Positions 28,193 through 41,000 of a stretch of DNA of 64,000 nucleotides are shown in pieces. How positions within the stretch are numbered: the first letter of the stretch is position 1; each line of letters opens with the position of its first letter. The stretch covers positions 192,001 to 256,000 of IMG/VR virus record IMGVR_UViG_3300028840_006907, one strand, 5' to 3'. This DNA is from a virus. The notes under the pieces were generated by a model. It saw only the letters and a program-made list of their open reading frames with translations, made no database searches and was not told the origin of the DNA. The translations under genes and the position numbers were made by a program.

Positions 28193-29332
28193 ATGTCTAT
28201 AAATAGGCTCACAATGGAATATAAGGGTTTTAAAGCCCAGATCATGGAAGCTAGGCGTCTTACAGGTAAGGGTGTGCATGGGCTACCTCAAGGAACACCT
28301 ATTCCTGTTTATTATTCTGATGAATTTCTGAAATTACCTGAAAATTGGATGAGGGGTCCTGGTGTCTTCGTTATTCCGGTGAGACCTGAGAAAGGTCTCT
28401 GGTTTAATTGGCGGGATAATGATGAACTAAATACTGCGGTTATTCCAACCGTTAAAGGGGCTAATCCGATTACAGGTCTTCAAACTTCTGGTTTTCATCT
28501 GGAGCAATATGATACAAAATGCCCAAAACATGGCTGTGATTTTCTAGCAGATCGATTTTGCCAAAAATGTAATCATAAATGGGAGAATCGTAATTATTGC
28601 AGTATGAGTCCTTTGTGGTGGGATGGGTTCAGAGCTGATGACGGTACCGTACGTCAGTTTTTCTTTACTGAGGATTCTATGAGAGATGTAGCAACAGCTC
28701 TTATTGGGAAAGAACAGACTGTTCCGGCTTTTGGTTTTGCTTTTTATTCAACTAAAGTAAAACGTGAGATTAAAAGAGTAGAGAGAAGATCTGGTTATGA
28801 ACAACAGATTTTATTCAATAATGCCACTCTTGATTCGCTTGATTTCCCTGTAATGAAAGAATTTAGTTCTAAGAAATCTTTTAATCCTTCTAAAACTATT
28901 GGTTCTTTTAATAAGGGTCATACCGATACTTCTTATAGTACTGAAAGTAGTTTTTTAGGTAGTCCTGAGCTATGTGGAGCTACACTAGGATCTACGACAG
29001 GTGGAGATGATAATTCAAAATATAAGAAAAGTGCTTCTCATAGAGGTATTTTAAGACAAAAACTTGAAATCCAACATGATCCTGACACAAGAGGTGTTGA
29101 TATTCCTGAGCAGAAACCAGTAATTAAAGATGTTTCAATAGGTGCTGGAGCTAAGATTCGACAAAAGTTAAATGATGATAATTACTCTTTGGAGAATTGG
29201 AATGATTCTCCTGATGCAGTAATGACTATATATTTTGTGTTCCATGATAAGTTCGAAGAAATTAAAGCTGGTGGAATGCGAGATTTAAGTGGAAAATCTG
29301 AGGGTATGTTAAATGGCATTCCAGTAGGTTAA
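28193..29332 (+). CDS. hypothetical protein
   Basis: RBS AGGGAG before ATG 28193; 380 aa. Confidence 0.5.
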   Translation: MSINRLTMEYKGFKAQIMEARRLTGKGVHGLPQGTPIPVYYSDEFLKLPENWMRGPGVFVIPVRPEKGLWFNWRDNDELNTAVIPTVKGANPITGLQTSGFHLEQYDTKCPKHGCDFLADRFCQKCNHKWENRNYCSMSPLWWDGFRADDGTVRQFFFTEDSMRDVATALIGKEQTVPAFGFAFYSTKVKREIKRVERRSGYEQQILFNNATLDSLDFPVMKEFSSKKSFNPSKTIGSFNKGHTDTSYSTESSFLGSPELCGATLGSTTGGDDNSKYKKSASHRGILRQKLEIQHDPDTRGVDIPEQKPVIKDVSIGAGAKIRQKLNDDNYSLENWNDSPDAVMTIYFVFHDKFEEIKAGGMRDLSGKSEGMLNGIPVG

Positions 29333-29452
29333 AATAATAAATATAAATAACAAATAAGATATTCCTCGGATCTTACCGGGGTTGGCCCACAGTGTGAACG
29401 GATCTAAATTTATCTAGGTTATATCCCTTACATTAGCGGGGTTATTTAAAGG

Positions 29453-29487
29453 GAATTTGATCAGTAGGTCAAATTCTCTTTTTTTAT
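29453..29487 (+). terminator. rho-independent terminator candidate
   Basis: Stem GAATTTGA / TCAAATTC with 8-nt loop followed by TCTTTTTTTATTT. Confidence 0.55.
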
Positions 29488-29570
29488 TTAATTCTCCTTT
29501 TTTTTCCTTCCTAAATGGCTGTAATAATGTATTAATATGAAAGCCCTAACATAATAATAATGTTCTGTAT

Positions 29571-30155
29571 ATGTTAGGGGGCAATCTCTTGAATAATAAG
29601 CATTCCGACTATGTTTTCCACGAACCCGGTGGAAGTTCACTTCCTGGTTCACCTGATGCGAATCCCTATGTCTTTTACCCACCGGATGAGATTCGACGAT
29701 TATTAGAATCAGAGAAAGATCCTGATGAATTGGCTAAAATGAAGAGTGCCTTACGACAATGGGAACGGATTTATGTCTATCCTGGTTACCCATATAGGTT
29801 GGCAAAAGCATTAAGATTTATAGCAGCCAAGCTTCAGAAGATAGCTGAACGAACTCCAGTCCCACAGAACAAACCTTATTACAATGATAGTCAAGTTCCA
29901 GAAGGTTTTGAAGAGATTATGGATTCTCTTCGCAGTCCTCACGATAACCAGAATCAGATCTGGGATGATTATCACAGACAAGGCGAACGACCTAAAGTTG
30001 ATATAGATACAGGAAAAGGTGACTTTCTATCTCCATCGGAACCACCTATTGGTGATACCGTAAAGGAAAGAGGAGATGGTCCAGATCCGGAAGGAATGGA
30101 GATTCCTCAACCGGGTACTGGTGGTGATCCTGATTCATGGTTTCAAGGAATTTAA
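29571..30155 (+). CDS. hypothetical Pro/Asp-rich protein
   Basis: 194-aa ORF; start uncertain. Confidence 0.4.
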   Translation: MLGGNLLNNKHSDYVFHEPGGSSLPGSPDANPYVFYPPDEIRRLLESEKDPDELAKMKSALRQWERIYVYPGYPYRLAKALRFIAAKLQKIAERTPVPQNKPYYNDSQVPEGFEEIMDSLRSPHDNQNQIWDDYHRQGERPKVDIDTGKGDFLSPSEPPIGDTVKERGDGPDPEGMEIPQPGTGGDPDSWFQGI

Positions 30156-30168
30156 TGGGAGGATATAT

Positions 30169-30459
30169 ATGGATGATATTTATAAAGAGCTAATTAAAAA
30201 TGTAGGTTCTTTAAAAAATGCTGATGAAGTTGATGTATGCGGTATGGACGATTTTATTGAGCCTAAGAAAGCCGAATCTCGATTACCTGACAAGGTAAAA
30301 GTGGCCTCACTAGGTGACCTTTCAGAATTTTTCCGAATTGCTAACAACACTTTAGTCCATAAAGCTGAAAAGGATTTATGGCGTATCAGTGAAGATGAGA
30401 ATGGTTGTGTCATTGAGAGACTTTTTAATCCTGATACTAAAGAACCTATTAGAGTATAA
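30169..30459 (+). CDS. hypothetical protein
   Basis: RBS GGGAGG before ATG 30169 (track ORF starts earlier at 30076). Confidence 0.45.
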   Translation: MDDIYKELIKNVGSLKNADEVDVCGMDDFIEPKKAESRLPDKVKVASLGDLSEFFRIANNTLVHKAEKDLWRISEDENGCVIERLFNPDTKEPIRV

Positions 30460-30468
30460 AGGAGTCAA

Positions 30469-31014
30469 GTGATGAGAAAACGGCTTACTGATGATGCGGG
30501 AAGATTTAAATCGGCTGGTATGAGAAGAGAAATACCAGAGGATTTTAAATATAACCCTAAGAAGTTGAAACATTTAAAACACATTCTTCATAATGTTACG
30601 ATAGCTCTAGGCACTTTAACATCCTCTTTAAATGAGTTTTCTAAATTAAAGGGGCCTGAAGTAAGTCCCGATGGACTTCTTGGAGGAATAGGTTATATCA
30701 TTCCCTTAAAAGACATAAAAGAGACCATTAATTCTACGATTCGCGGTTTAAGTGATGTAGCAGATTGTCTAGCTGATGAGTTGACAAATCCTAAATGGAA
30801 TTCGAAAGAAGACAAAGAGGTAAAAGAACTCATCAAGGAAAAAGAGGAAGTTCAGGAAAAAGTTGATGAAGAGGTAAATCCTGAGGATCTGGTAACCGTT
30901 GAAGAGTTAGAAGAAGATATAGATAAAAAAGAAACAGTTGATAAACAGGCTAATACCACTGTTTTGGAATCGGCTGTTAAAAATTCCCTCGTAAAATTTT
31001 TTGAAACAGCATAA
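30469..31014 (+). CDS. hypothetical protein with acidic C-terminal half
   Basis: RBS AAGGAG upstream; 181 aa. Confidence 0.5.
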   Translation: MMRKRLTDDAGRFKSAGMRREIPEDFKYNPKKLKHLKHILHNVTIALGTLTSSLNEFSKLKGPEVSPDGLLGGIGYIIPLKDIKETINSTIRGLSDVADCLADELTNPKWNSKEDKEVKELIKEKEEVQEKVDEEVNPEDLVTVEELEEDIDKKETVDKQANTTVLESAVKNSLVKFFETA

Positions 31015-31026
31015 AGGAGATCTAAT

Positions 31027-32595
31027 ATGTTAGGTGAACTTAATCAAGATATAATGGGTTGTGAAATTGGAACAAACCCAAAGTATCCTCCGATTAATAA
31101 TCTCGATTACTTAACGGTGGATACAAGAACTTATGATAATTATCCTTCTGATAATAATCCAGTACGGATACAGCCTAAACTCGCTGATTTATGGAATCAC
31201 AATAAAAACAATTGTGGTATAAATTTGATCCCCAATCAGACGGTTCAGTCTTTGGGTTTAAGAAGTGCCGATGAAAATATGAGTGAAGCAGTAGCTAATT
31301 TTTGCTGTGAGACCAAAAAAGCAATGATGATGGGTTACACAGGGAAAGAATTAGCAAAATATCTTCGTGCACGTTTTGATAAAGAAACTATTGAAGCCGC
31401 GAAAGAGGAAATGGTTAAACTTTCTGAAGAGCAAGGTTTAATGGGAAATGTTTATATTGATGCATCCGCTTTTATTTCTGCAAAAGAAGCCGAGCAATTT
31501 TTAACAATGCATCGAAATCGTCTTGCCCAGGACATTGTTATAGAAGGAGCTACCGTAGATCCGAATGTAGTGGCTTATTTGGCTAATAAGTTTCATAAAA
31601 ATGTAGTTGAAAAAATTTCATATGATGAAAAACTTTACAGAAAATATAAAGCTTATCTCGTGGATGCAAATAAAATTCCTGTTGATTTTGTAATAGATTC
31701 TAAAGAATCTCTTAGATCGGCTTTTTTATCTGAACCTGTAGAAGAAGTTGTAAAGAAAGCTAAAGCTGAAAAATCGGAACCTTTATCTAAGGAAAAAGTT
31801 GCAGAAGAATTAGTAAATAGAGGTGATAAGAATGATACAGCTCATAAACTTGCAACTGCTGATATTACTTTTCGTGAAGTTCGTCCTATCATAGAATTTA
31901 CCAGAGAACAACTCTCAAAAGGAAAAACAGGAAATAATTTAAAGGAGATATTACGTGGAAAGTATGCTTCAGTAGATTTGAACAAAGCAGCCAAATATAT
32001 AGCTGTTGTAATTTCCAGTGATATTACCTCAGAGCGTATCGATAAATTAGTGGAATCAGAAAAGATCTCTAAAAAAGTTGCTAGTGCATTAAAAGAAATT
32101 ATAAAAACTTACCCATTAAAAGTTGAAGCTTATAAAGAAGACAAATCTGAAAAACAGATTGGTGTTCCAGGTCATTTCCATTCTTTAAATAATTTGAGAC
32201 AGGATTCACATTTATCGGAATATCATCAGGCTTCAGTAGAATCTCTTCGTAAAGGTAAAAGCCATGAAGATGTTAAGGAAGAACTTCTTAAAAAGTTGTC
32301 AAATGACGAAGCTGATAAAGTCCTTTTGGATGCTGTAAAGGCATTTAATGAATCTCCCGCTGGAACCAAAGCGAATGCTCCAGTGATTCCTGAAAAGAAA
32401 AAATTGGTTGCCGATATTGAACCTCCAAAAGTATTACCAGACAAAGAAACGATCATTCCACAGACTCAGGAGTTTATGGATTTTTATAAAGGTTCAAATG
32501 AGCTTATAGTCGATATCGATGGTAAATCTGCCAACTCAAATTTATTGGAGATAGAGAATCTGGATAGTAAGTCCGGTATTGATAATGCATTCTAG
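31027..32595 (+). CDS. hypothetical protein (522 aa; possible virion/packaging-module protein)
   Basis: RBS AAGGAG before ATG; position in packaging module. Confidence 0.5.
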   Translation: MLGELNQDIMGCEIGTNPKYPPINNLDYLTVDTRTYDNYPSDNNPVRIQPKLADLWNHNKNNCGINLIPNQTVQSLGLRSADENMSEAVANFCCETKKAMMMGYTGKELAKYLRARFDKETIEAAKEEMVKLSEEQGLMGNVYIDASAFISAKEAEQFLTMHRNRLAQDIVIEGATVDPNVVAYLANKFHKNVVEKISYDEKLYRKYKAYLVDANKIPVDFVIDSKESLRSAFLSEPVEEVVKKAKAEKSEPLSKEKVAEELVNRGDKNDTAHKLATADITFREVRPIIEFTREQLSKGKTGNNLKEILRGKYASVDLNKAAKYIAVVISSDITSERIDKLVESEKISKKVASALKEIIKTYPLKVEAYKEDKSEKQIGVPGHFHSLNNLRQDSHLSEYHQASVESLRKGKSHEDVKEELLKKLSNDEADKVLLDAVKAFNESPAGTKANAPVIPEKKKLVADIEPPKVLPDKETIIPQTQEFMDFYKGSNELIVDIDGKSANSNLLEIENLDSKSGIDNAF

Positions 32596-32604
32596 GAGCT
32601 GTCT

Positions 32605-33141
32605 ATGGCTGATACTGAGAGGAAATTAGAGAATCTTGATTTGGATTCTGCAATTAAGAATCCTTCTCAACCTATTTCTGCAAATTTAGTGGAAGTAACT
32701 GTTGCTCAACCTGAGGAATTAGCTGATGATGAAATTTGTCTTGCGATTAAAGAAGATGAATTGCCTGACACTGTTTTAAAAGCCGTTATTTTAGGTCTTG
32801 CTGAAGAGCAGTCTTCATTAAAGACTTTACGTCAAAAGAAACAGAATGAAGGTAAGGATTCTTCTTATATCTCAATGAAACGTGGTATGTTGTTGAAATA
32901 CATGTCTGAGACATTAATTCAACGGCAATCTTTAACTGGGTATACAGGAGAATTGGATTTAAGAGGTCCAAGATTCCGTGAAGTATTCAAAATGCTTTTG
33001 AATATTATTTCCGATACTTTTGATGAAATAAAAGTACCTCCAGAATATAAAGAGATGTTTTTTCATGCGTTATCACGAAATTTGGAGGGTTGGGAAGAGA
33101 GAGCTGAGAAGCTAGTAAAGAAGATGACACCTAAGGTATAA
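32605..33141 (+). CDS. hypothetical protein (position suggests small terminase subunit)
   Basis: 178-aa ORF immediately upstream of large terminase; no motif support. Confidence 0.35.
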   Translation: MADTERKLENLDLDSAIKNPSQPISANLVEVTVAQPEELADDEICLAIKEDELPDTVLKAVILGLAEEQSSLKTLRQKKQNEGKDSSYISMKRGMLLKYMSETLIQRQSLTGYTGELDLRGPRFREVFKMLLNIISDTFDEIKVPPEYKEMFFHALSRNLEGWEERAEKLVKKMTPKV

Positions 33142-33143
33142 GA

Positions 33144-35036
33144 ATGAGTCTTTCTGAACTTTGTACAAATTATATAGGTTCTAATAGGTTAAAAGATGAG
33201 ACTGAGCGAAATATCATAGAATTTGCTGAGGCTCAATGGGGCCTAGGTATGGGTACTATGCCTGGTATCCCGCCTTTATTTCCTGTACAAAAGTTCATTT
33301 TTAAGACTTATTATAATATTCCTCTTGATAACGGTGATGACCGAATAATAATTGTTAAAGACAAGTTTAATGAGAAGGTCAGATACCGATTTAATGAGAA
33401 AGAATATTTAAATTTCTTGTTCAATGAAGGTCGTATAAATATCAAGGAGGTCACTGGAGACCCTAAAGATTCCAGAACTGACCTGGTATTAGTCATAGGA
33501 AGAAGAGGTCTAAAAACAAGTAGTATAGCGGTTTTAGTAAGTTTTGAAACTTACAAACTTCTTAAAAAAGTAAGTCCTCATGAGTATTATGGTATTATGC
33601 CTGATGATGAGATTCGGGTATCATGTGTTGCTACCAATAAAGAACAGGCTGGTGAACTCTTTCGAAGAATCAGTGGCCATCTAGAGCGTTCTGAATATTT
33701 TAAAAAATACCGTGAAAAACCCACATTGAGTTACATGAAATTAAGTACTCAACGTGATATTGAGGAGTACGGTCCTGGTAATAGATCCTCACTTCGTATT
33801 GTTGCCTCTCCCTGTACCGGTAGAGGACTTAGAAGTTATAATAATATCATAGCTGTTTTAGATGAGATGGCTCATTTCTTTGAGTCTGATACATCCACAG
33901 ATAAGTCAGATAAAGTGATTTATGATTCTGTTACTCCTTCTGTTGCAAAATTTGTCACTCCTGAAGGTGATCTTCATGGGAGAGTTATAAGTATATCATC
34001 TCCAAATGATCGATCAGGTAAATTCTATGAACTCTATGAGCGTTCCATGGAAGCTGATTGTGACAATATATTAATGATTCAGGCTCCTACCTGGGAAGTA
34101 GACTATACTCTTTCACCTAAATACCTAAGAGCGAAATATCTAGAAAATGCTGTTTCATATATGAGCGAGTTTGGTGCTGAGTTCTCTGATAGAGTGTCTG
34201 CTTGGATAGATAATGAGCAAATGTTAAGGATTAACATTATTCCAGGTTTGAAGTTAAAAAAGATAAGCTATGAGCGTACGCCTCATTTTATGGGTATTGA
34301 CGTTGGTCTTAAACAGGATGGAACTGCTATTGCAATTTGTCATATAGTAAAAGAAATGATTGGTGATATTGAAAGAAATTTGATTGAATTGGACTGCATA
34401 GATGCACGTTATGCAAAAGATGAGGATAAAGAATATTTCCATCCGGATGAAATAGCGGATTGGATAGCTACTTATAATGAGAAGTTTTACATTGTAAAAG
34501 GTATTATGGACCAATATTATGGTTTAGCTATGATACCTAAACTTCATGAAAAAGGTATAAAACAGATTAATGCAGCCCATTTCAGTCGGGATTTTAATTC
34601 AAAAGTATATCAAAATTTAATGTCGAAAATGCTCGATGTCTCATTAAGAATTCCAGAAGGTGATGAACATTTAGTTGATGGTAAAAAAACAAAGGATCTT
34701 GATTTAGTTACAGAAATGTTAAAGTTACGGGCTGTTACTCATTCAAAATATTTAATTACAGTAAAGGCTCCAGATGTAAAGAATGCTCATGATGATAGAT
34801 CTGATGCTTTTGCTCGTGCAGTCTATTTGGCTACTGAATATATGGCTTCTGGAGGTGGTATAGTAAAAAATAATCGTATTGAGAGTACTGGTAAAAACGC
34901 TTCTTATCGCCAGTATTATATGAAACAAAAAAGAAATGCGATGTATACAATGCGGCCTTCATCTGCCCTTCAAATGGAGATTTCAAGAAACAGACATTTT
35001 AATTCATTAATGAGCCAGCTCGGAACGAGGAGGTAA
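33144..35036 (+). CDS. terminase large subunit
   Basis: ATPase Walker A-like VIGRRGLKTS, Walker B IIAVLDEMAHF; C-terminal RNase-H-like nuclease motifs GIDVGLKQDGTAIA and AHDDRSDAFARA. Confidence 0.7.
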   Translation: MSLSELCTNYIGSNRLKDETERNIIEFAEAQWGLGMGTMPGIPPLFPVQKFIFKTYYNIPLDNGDDRIIIVKDKFNEKVRYRFNEKEYLNFLFNEGRINIKEVTGDPKDSRTDLVLVIGRRGLKTSSIAVLVSFETYKLLKKVSPHEYYGIMPDDEIRVSCVATNKEQAGELFRRISGHLERSEYFKKYREKPTLSYMKLSTQRDIEEYGPGNRSSLRIVASPCTGRGLRSYNNIIAVLDEMAHFFESDTSTDKSDKVIYDSVTPSVAKFVTPEGDLHGRVISISSPNDRSGKFYELYERSMEADCDNILMIQAPTWEVDYTLSPKYLRAKYLENAVSYMSEFGAEFSDRVSAWIDNEQMLRINIIPGLKLKKISYERTPHFMGIDVGLKQDGTAIAICHIVKEMIGDIERNLIELDCIDARYAKDEDKEYFHPDEIADWIATYNEKFYIVKGIMDQYYGLAMIPKLHEKGIKQINAAHFSRDFNSKVYQNLMSKMLDVSLRIPEGDEHLVDGKKTKDLDLVTEMLKLRAVTHSKYLITVKAPDVKNAHDDRSDAFARAVYLATEYMASGGGIVKNNRIESTGKNASYRQYYMKQKRNAMYTMRPSSALQMEISRNRHFNSLMSQLGTRR

Positions 35037-35039
35037 AAA

Positions 35040-38000
35040 GTGTCGGAAGTTTATCAGGGTGATTATGCCCCTAATTTATATAATGAGGAAAAGCGTTATT
35101 ACTTATTTCAAGCACAACAGTTGACAAATCTAACTGATGCTGAACTTCGTGATTTACATAATATATCGAACACGTATGTCCGTCGTACAGTGCAAGCTCA
35201 AATTGGTGATTGTGCAATACAAGATGGTTATAAAATTGCTGAGAATACTTCGGATAAGTCTAACAATTTTCTTATAACAGGAGGAAGTGGTACTCTTGAT
35301 GATCCAGGGATGTATTATCTTAAAGGATATCGATTATTCCTTTTAGGTGATATAGCCTATAAAGATCAAACAGATACAGGTACTATTACCGATGACGGTT
35401 ATACTAAAACTATATTACCTGCTCTGACAACGCCTACTGGGGTCACCTCCACTTTAAATAGCCTTTCTTTAAGTAATCCCACTCTTATCTGTTGTGGTGA
35501 TACGAGTGCTATTGCTAACTCTTCTGATTGGGGTCGAAATTGGGTTGATAGAAATGCTATGACATCCCAAAATCTAAATGGTTCTTCTTTAGGAGACGCC
35601 TCAGTCGGTTATGCAGTTGGTAATGTGGGAGCTGTTCTTCGTACAACTGATAGTGGAAATAGTTGGATAAATATCCGAACAAGTTTACCAACTCTACCAA
35701 CAAATTATCAAAATGTTAATTTCTTTGATGCTTATTTTGTGAACTCTTCTATCGGATGGATCACGGGTCAAAGTGGTGCCATATTAAAAACAATAAATGA
35801 TGGGACTAGTTGGACTGTACAGGGATCTGGTGTCACTACTTCAGATTTAAGTGGTGTTCATGGGACTGGATTAACTGATGTGTGGGCTGTCGGTAGTAGT
35901 GGTATGGTGGTAAAAACGACTGATGGTACAACCTGGTCTCAACAAGCTAGTGGAACTCTTTTTAATTTATCAAGAGTACATGCTATTAATACATTGGTCG
36001 CTTATGCTGTTGGTAATAGCGGTACTATAATAAAAACAACGAATGGTGGTACATCTTGGTCTGCACTTACTTCTGATACTACAGAAAATCTTCGTGATGT
36101 TCATTTCACGGATTTAAATAATGGTTGGGCTGTTGGTGATAATGGTACGATTACCCGAACAGATGATGCAGGTTCAACCTGGGATTCTTCTACTATTGCC
36201 AGTGTCGATTTAAGAGCTGTTACTTTTTATGATACCACAGGATTTACTGCTGGTGGAAGTGGTGAGATTTACAGAACTCTTGATAATACAAATTGGGTGA
36301 AATATCGTACTGATTATGTTTACATTGATTTCCATCTAGCTGAGGTTTCAGGTGATGCCACCTCAGGTAGTGAATACATAGATACAAGTTTAGTGGATGC
36401 GACTGTAGGTTATCCAAGTGCCAATAGATTGAGGGTGGTCTCTGATGTAAAAGTGTCTGAAGGGTGGCCAGCTCCAGCCGATTACACCAATACTGATGCT
36501 ACCCTTCAGCATTATATCGCTCCTCTTGCGTCAATAGAGCGTTCGGTGGGTACAAGTGATATAACTTCAGCTAACATCACAGATTTAAGAACTGTTGTTC
36601 GTACTATTGGTGAGATTGATGCTGCCCTTAAAGACGGAAGTATTGGTACTTCTGCAATAGCTGATGGAGCTATTACCCCTGATAAACTTGATAGTACTGG
36701 CGATTATACAATGGGATCACTCAGTATCTTGGGAGATTCTTCTATTGCTGGTGATTTAACTATAGGCGGTATATTAGTTGTTAGTGATTATAGAACTAGC
36801 ACTATCATGGATAATCTTGTGGTACGGGGATCTGCTCAATTAGGTGATTCAACAGCTCCATATGAGGATAGTGTTAATATTTATGGTAATATTACTCAAG
36901 TATTAGATTCAACTAAAATCGCTTATGATATACAAACATCTTCAACAACTGATGCTTCTCCAATAATTAAAATTGTTTCTGATAGTACAGGTAGTGTATG
37001 GCATGTAGAAAGTAAATCTCAAACGACATCGAGTCTTTTTGATGCTACTACACAGAATATGGGGTATGATTTCCATTTAAATCATTTAGGATATGAAGGT
37101 GGCTTATTTAAATTAAGGGATGATGCAAGTAACCATACCATTACTATATCTAAGACAGCTCCAGGATTTAGAGGGTCTGTTTTAGATGTTACAAGTAATA
37201 GCAATGACCCAACAATAAATATCGTAAACAGAGCTTTATCTGATTCAACAAGTTTAAGTATTGACCAGACTCATGGGACCATGATTACTTTGAATACGTT
37301 GGGTGATGCTTCTGGTATCGATATTTATTCACAAGGCTCTGGAAGAGACCTACATATAGATCATTCAGGTACTTTAGGAATAGCTGTAGATATTACTAGT
37401 TCCAGTGCACAGGTTGCAATGAATCTTGTAAATCAGATGGGACCTGCTGTAGTAATAACTCAGAATGGTGATGATGAAGCTCTGTTGGTTTTAAATAAAG
37501 ATTCTACAACCTTAGGAAGAGCTTTAGAGATTAACCATAGAGGTAGTGATGTTGGATTAGGTGTTTATAATACTGGTACTGGAATGGGTCAGCTAATTTC
37601 ACATGTAGGTGATTCTACTCATCCTGCATTAGATATTTATGTAGCAGGGAATGAAAAAGGTCCAGCTCTTCGTATAAATAAGGCAAATGATGAAACTGGT
37701 GAAGGTATAAGAGTATGGAATCAAGGTTTTAGCGAATCCTTAAGATTAATTCAGGATAGAACCGATTCCTCAGCTACAGTACTTTTAATTGAAAGCCAGA
37801 GTATTGGTTATGATGTTAGCTCTAGTAATTGGAATATAGATAGCTCAGGTAATATTTATACCGCTGGAAGTATTACTTCTGATTCTACTGCTACTGTAAC
37901 AAGTTCTAAATTTGCTTTTGATAGTACTTATTATATGACTTCTACAGGGATGTATCTTGATAACAGTGGCTATGATTCCTCTAATCCTGCTGTAGCTGGT

Positions 38001-41000
38001 AGGGCGTTTATAGAATCAGGTTTTTTAAGAGTCAGTGACGGTACTACAGCTTCTCCAATACCTTCATGGGGTGCTACTGGTGCCACAGGAAATACTGGGG
38101 CTACAGGATCCACAGGGGCTACAGGATCAGGGACTCAAGGAACAACAGGAGTTCAAGGATCTGCCGGGGCTACTGGAGCTACTGGACCGGCTGGAACTGG
38201 TTCTACAGGAGTCCAAGGTGTCCAGGGTGAAACCGGTATTCAGGGTCTCCAAGGTGATACGGGTGTTAGTTTAGGAGCAACAGGCTTGCAAGGTATCACA
38301 GGTCTCAGGGGATTCACGGGACTGCAGGGTCAAACCGGTGTTGCTGGGGAAACCGGAGTTCAGGGAGTGCAGGGACAAACCGGAGCTTTTGGTGGCCCTC
38401 CAGGAGAAACTGGCGTGCAAGGTGTCCAAGGAAACACTGGAGTACAAGGAACTACTGGAGTTCAAGGATCAACCGGAGTTCAAGGAATTCAAGGTCAGAC
38501 CGGAATTCAGGGAATCCAAGGAAATACTGGAGTACAAGGAATTCAAGGTAATACTGGAGTACAAGGTCAAACCGGAGTAAGTGGAGAAACTGGAGTACAA
38601 GGAACTACTGGAGTTCAGGGTATTCAAGGTCAAACTGGTATAGCAGGTCAGACAGGTATAGCAGGTCAAACCGGAGTTCAAGGAATCCAGGGAATTCAAG
38701 GTCAAACAGGTGCCCAGGGTTTAACAGGAGTAGCAGGTGAGACTGGAGTCCAAGGATCTCAGGGAAATACCGGAGTTCAAGGTATCCAAGGGCATACGGG
38801 AGCTGGGATACAAGGTACTACTGGTGTTCAAGGTTTACAAGGTCAGACTGGCTCTCAAGGTACTACTGGAATTCAGGGAGAAACTGGTGTAGGTATCCAA
38901 GGTCAGACGGGTGTTGCCGGTGTTGATGGCCAAACCGGAATTCAAGGAATCCAAGGAACCACAGGAGTTCAAGGTGAAACAGGAACTCAAGGAATTCAAG
39001 GAAATACCGGAATTCAAGGAACTCAAGGAAGCACAGGAGTTCAAGGAGAAACTGGAGTTGGTGCTCAAGGAACTACTGGAGTGCAAGGAATACAAGGAAA
39101 TACTGGAGTTCAGGGAACAACCGGAGTTCAGGGAATTCAAGGTCAAACCGGTGTTCAGGGAACACAAGGAGAAACAGGTTATATAGATTCTTCCAGTGTT
39201 AATCATAACGCTCTTCTTAATTTAACTGTTGGTGATGACCATACTCAGTATGCTTTTTTAGCTGGTCGTACTGGTGGGCAAACTATAAATGGTGGTGATG
39301 CTGCTTCAGACGTTTTAACTCTTCAAAGTACTACTGATACTACAAAAGGGAACATCATTCTTAATCCTATTAGTGGGGATGTCCCTGGTAAAGTTGGTAT
39401 AGGAGTAACATCTCCGATTTATCAATTACATGTTGGAGAGATTTTAGATGGCGGTACTGTAGGTATATGTATAAATAACCAGTATACTGCAAATGGATCA
39501 GTTGATGAAACTGCTAGTTTAATATATAGATTTGGTAGGCCACTCAGTCCTCAATATAGAGTAGCAGGTCAAGTATTAGTAGGTAAGGAACAGGATTGGT
39601 GGGATTATAATAGTACTGACGCTTATATGGCTTTTCATACTACTCGTGATACAATTTCACGTGAACAGATGAGAATTAATGCTCAAGGTTATGTTGGAAT
39701 AGGTACAACAAATCCCCAAGCTAAGCTTCATGTAACGACATTTGCTCAATTTGATGAAGGCTTTTCAACTAATATCGGTATAGGTGTTACCGCTCCTCAG
39801 GCACAGTTACATGTCGGAGAGAGTGTAACTGATGGAGATGTTTCAATAATTGTGAATAACTGGTCTTGGACTGGAGGGTCTGTAGATGAGACAGCTAGTT
39901 TACAATTCCGTTTTGGGCCTCCTCCAAGTAATTATTCTGCTGGTAAAATTTCTGCTCATAAAACTTTAGATTATATGAGTTTCGATAATAGAGACTCTTA
40001 TATGACTTTTAGTGTTGTAAATAATCAATCTGAAGTTGAGCGTATGAGGATTTTAAATGATGGAAAGGTAGGTATTGGTACAACTGATCCTCAAGAAAGA
40101 CTGCATGTAATTGATAGGGGTCAATTTGATATGGGGCTACAACAACCTATTGGTATAGGTGTAACGGCTCCATTAGCTGAATTACATGTTGGTAATAGTA
40201 CTAATGGTGGTGATGTAGGCATTATTATTAATAACCAATACAATACTACTGGATCAGTTGATGAAACAGCAAGTTTAATTTATAGATTCGGTACAGTAGG
40301 AAGTGCAAATTATCGAGTAGCTGCCAGAATTTGTGCTCATAAAGAATTAGACTGGCAATCTTTTGATAATGTCGATTCAGCTTTAGCTTTTAGGACTACT
40401 CGAAATCAATCTGAAAATGAAAGAATGAGAATAACTAGTGAAGGTGATGTAGGAATTGGTACTGTCACACCTTCAGAAAAATTACATGTAGAAGGTAATA
40501 TTTATACTACTAATGGTTTTCTTGCTGGTGGGAACATCCAAATTGAAGGGGACTTTTTAGGAGGGACTGATGGTAATTCTAATTTAGGCTCTACTTCAAG
40601 AAGATTTAATAACCTTTATATGGCTTCTTCGATAAATTATAATTCTGATCTAACCTTTGATTGTACGGGTACCCATGTAACCCTTACAACTGGTGGTAAC
40701 GTAGGTATAGGAACTACAAATCCCCAAGGATTATTTCATGTTTCTGATGATACCAATGGTGGTGATGTAGGTATTGTTGTTAGTAATCGCTATATTGGTG
40801 GTGGGTCAGTTGATGAAACAGCTAGTATGATTTATCGTTTTGGCCATCCGTTAGGAGTAGCTAATAAAGTTGCAGCCAGAATAAGTGCCCATAAAGAATT
40901 AGATTGGGCAAACTCTAATAATACTGATGCTGCTTTGATTTTCTGGACTACTCGTGATGCTGTTGAACGACAACAGATGAGAATTGATAGCAATGGTTAC

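Noticed and set aside
38035-39206. Several 60-120-aa ORFs on both strands inside the first collagen tract (e.g. 38035-38274, 38469-38705, 38835-39206)
   Set aside because: They are alternative-frame readings of the GXY triplet repeat (Ser/Leu/Asn-rich or Glu/Lys/Phe-rich low-complexity products), fully inside a long well-supported CDS.
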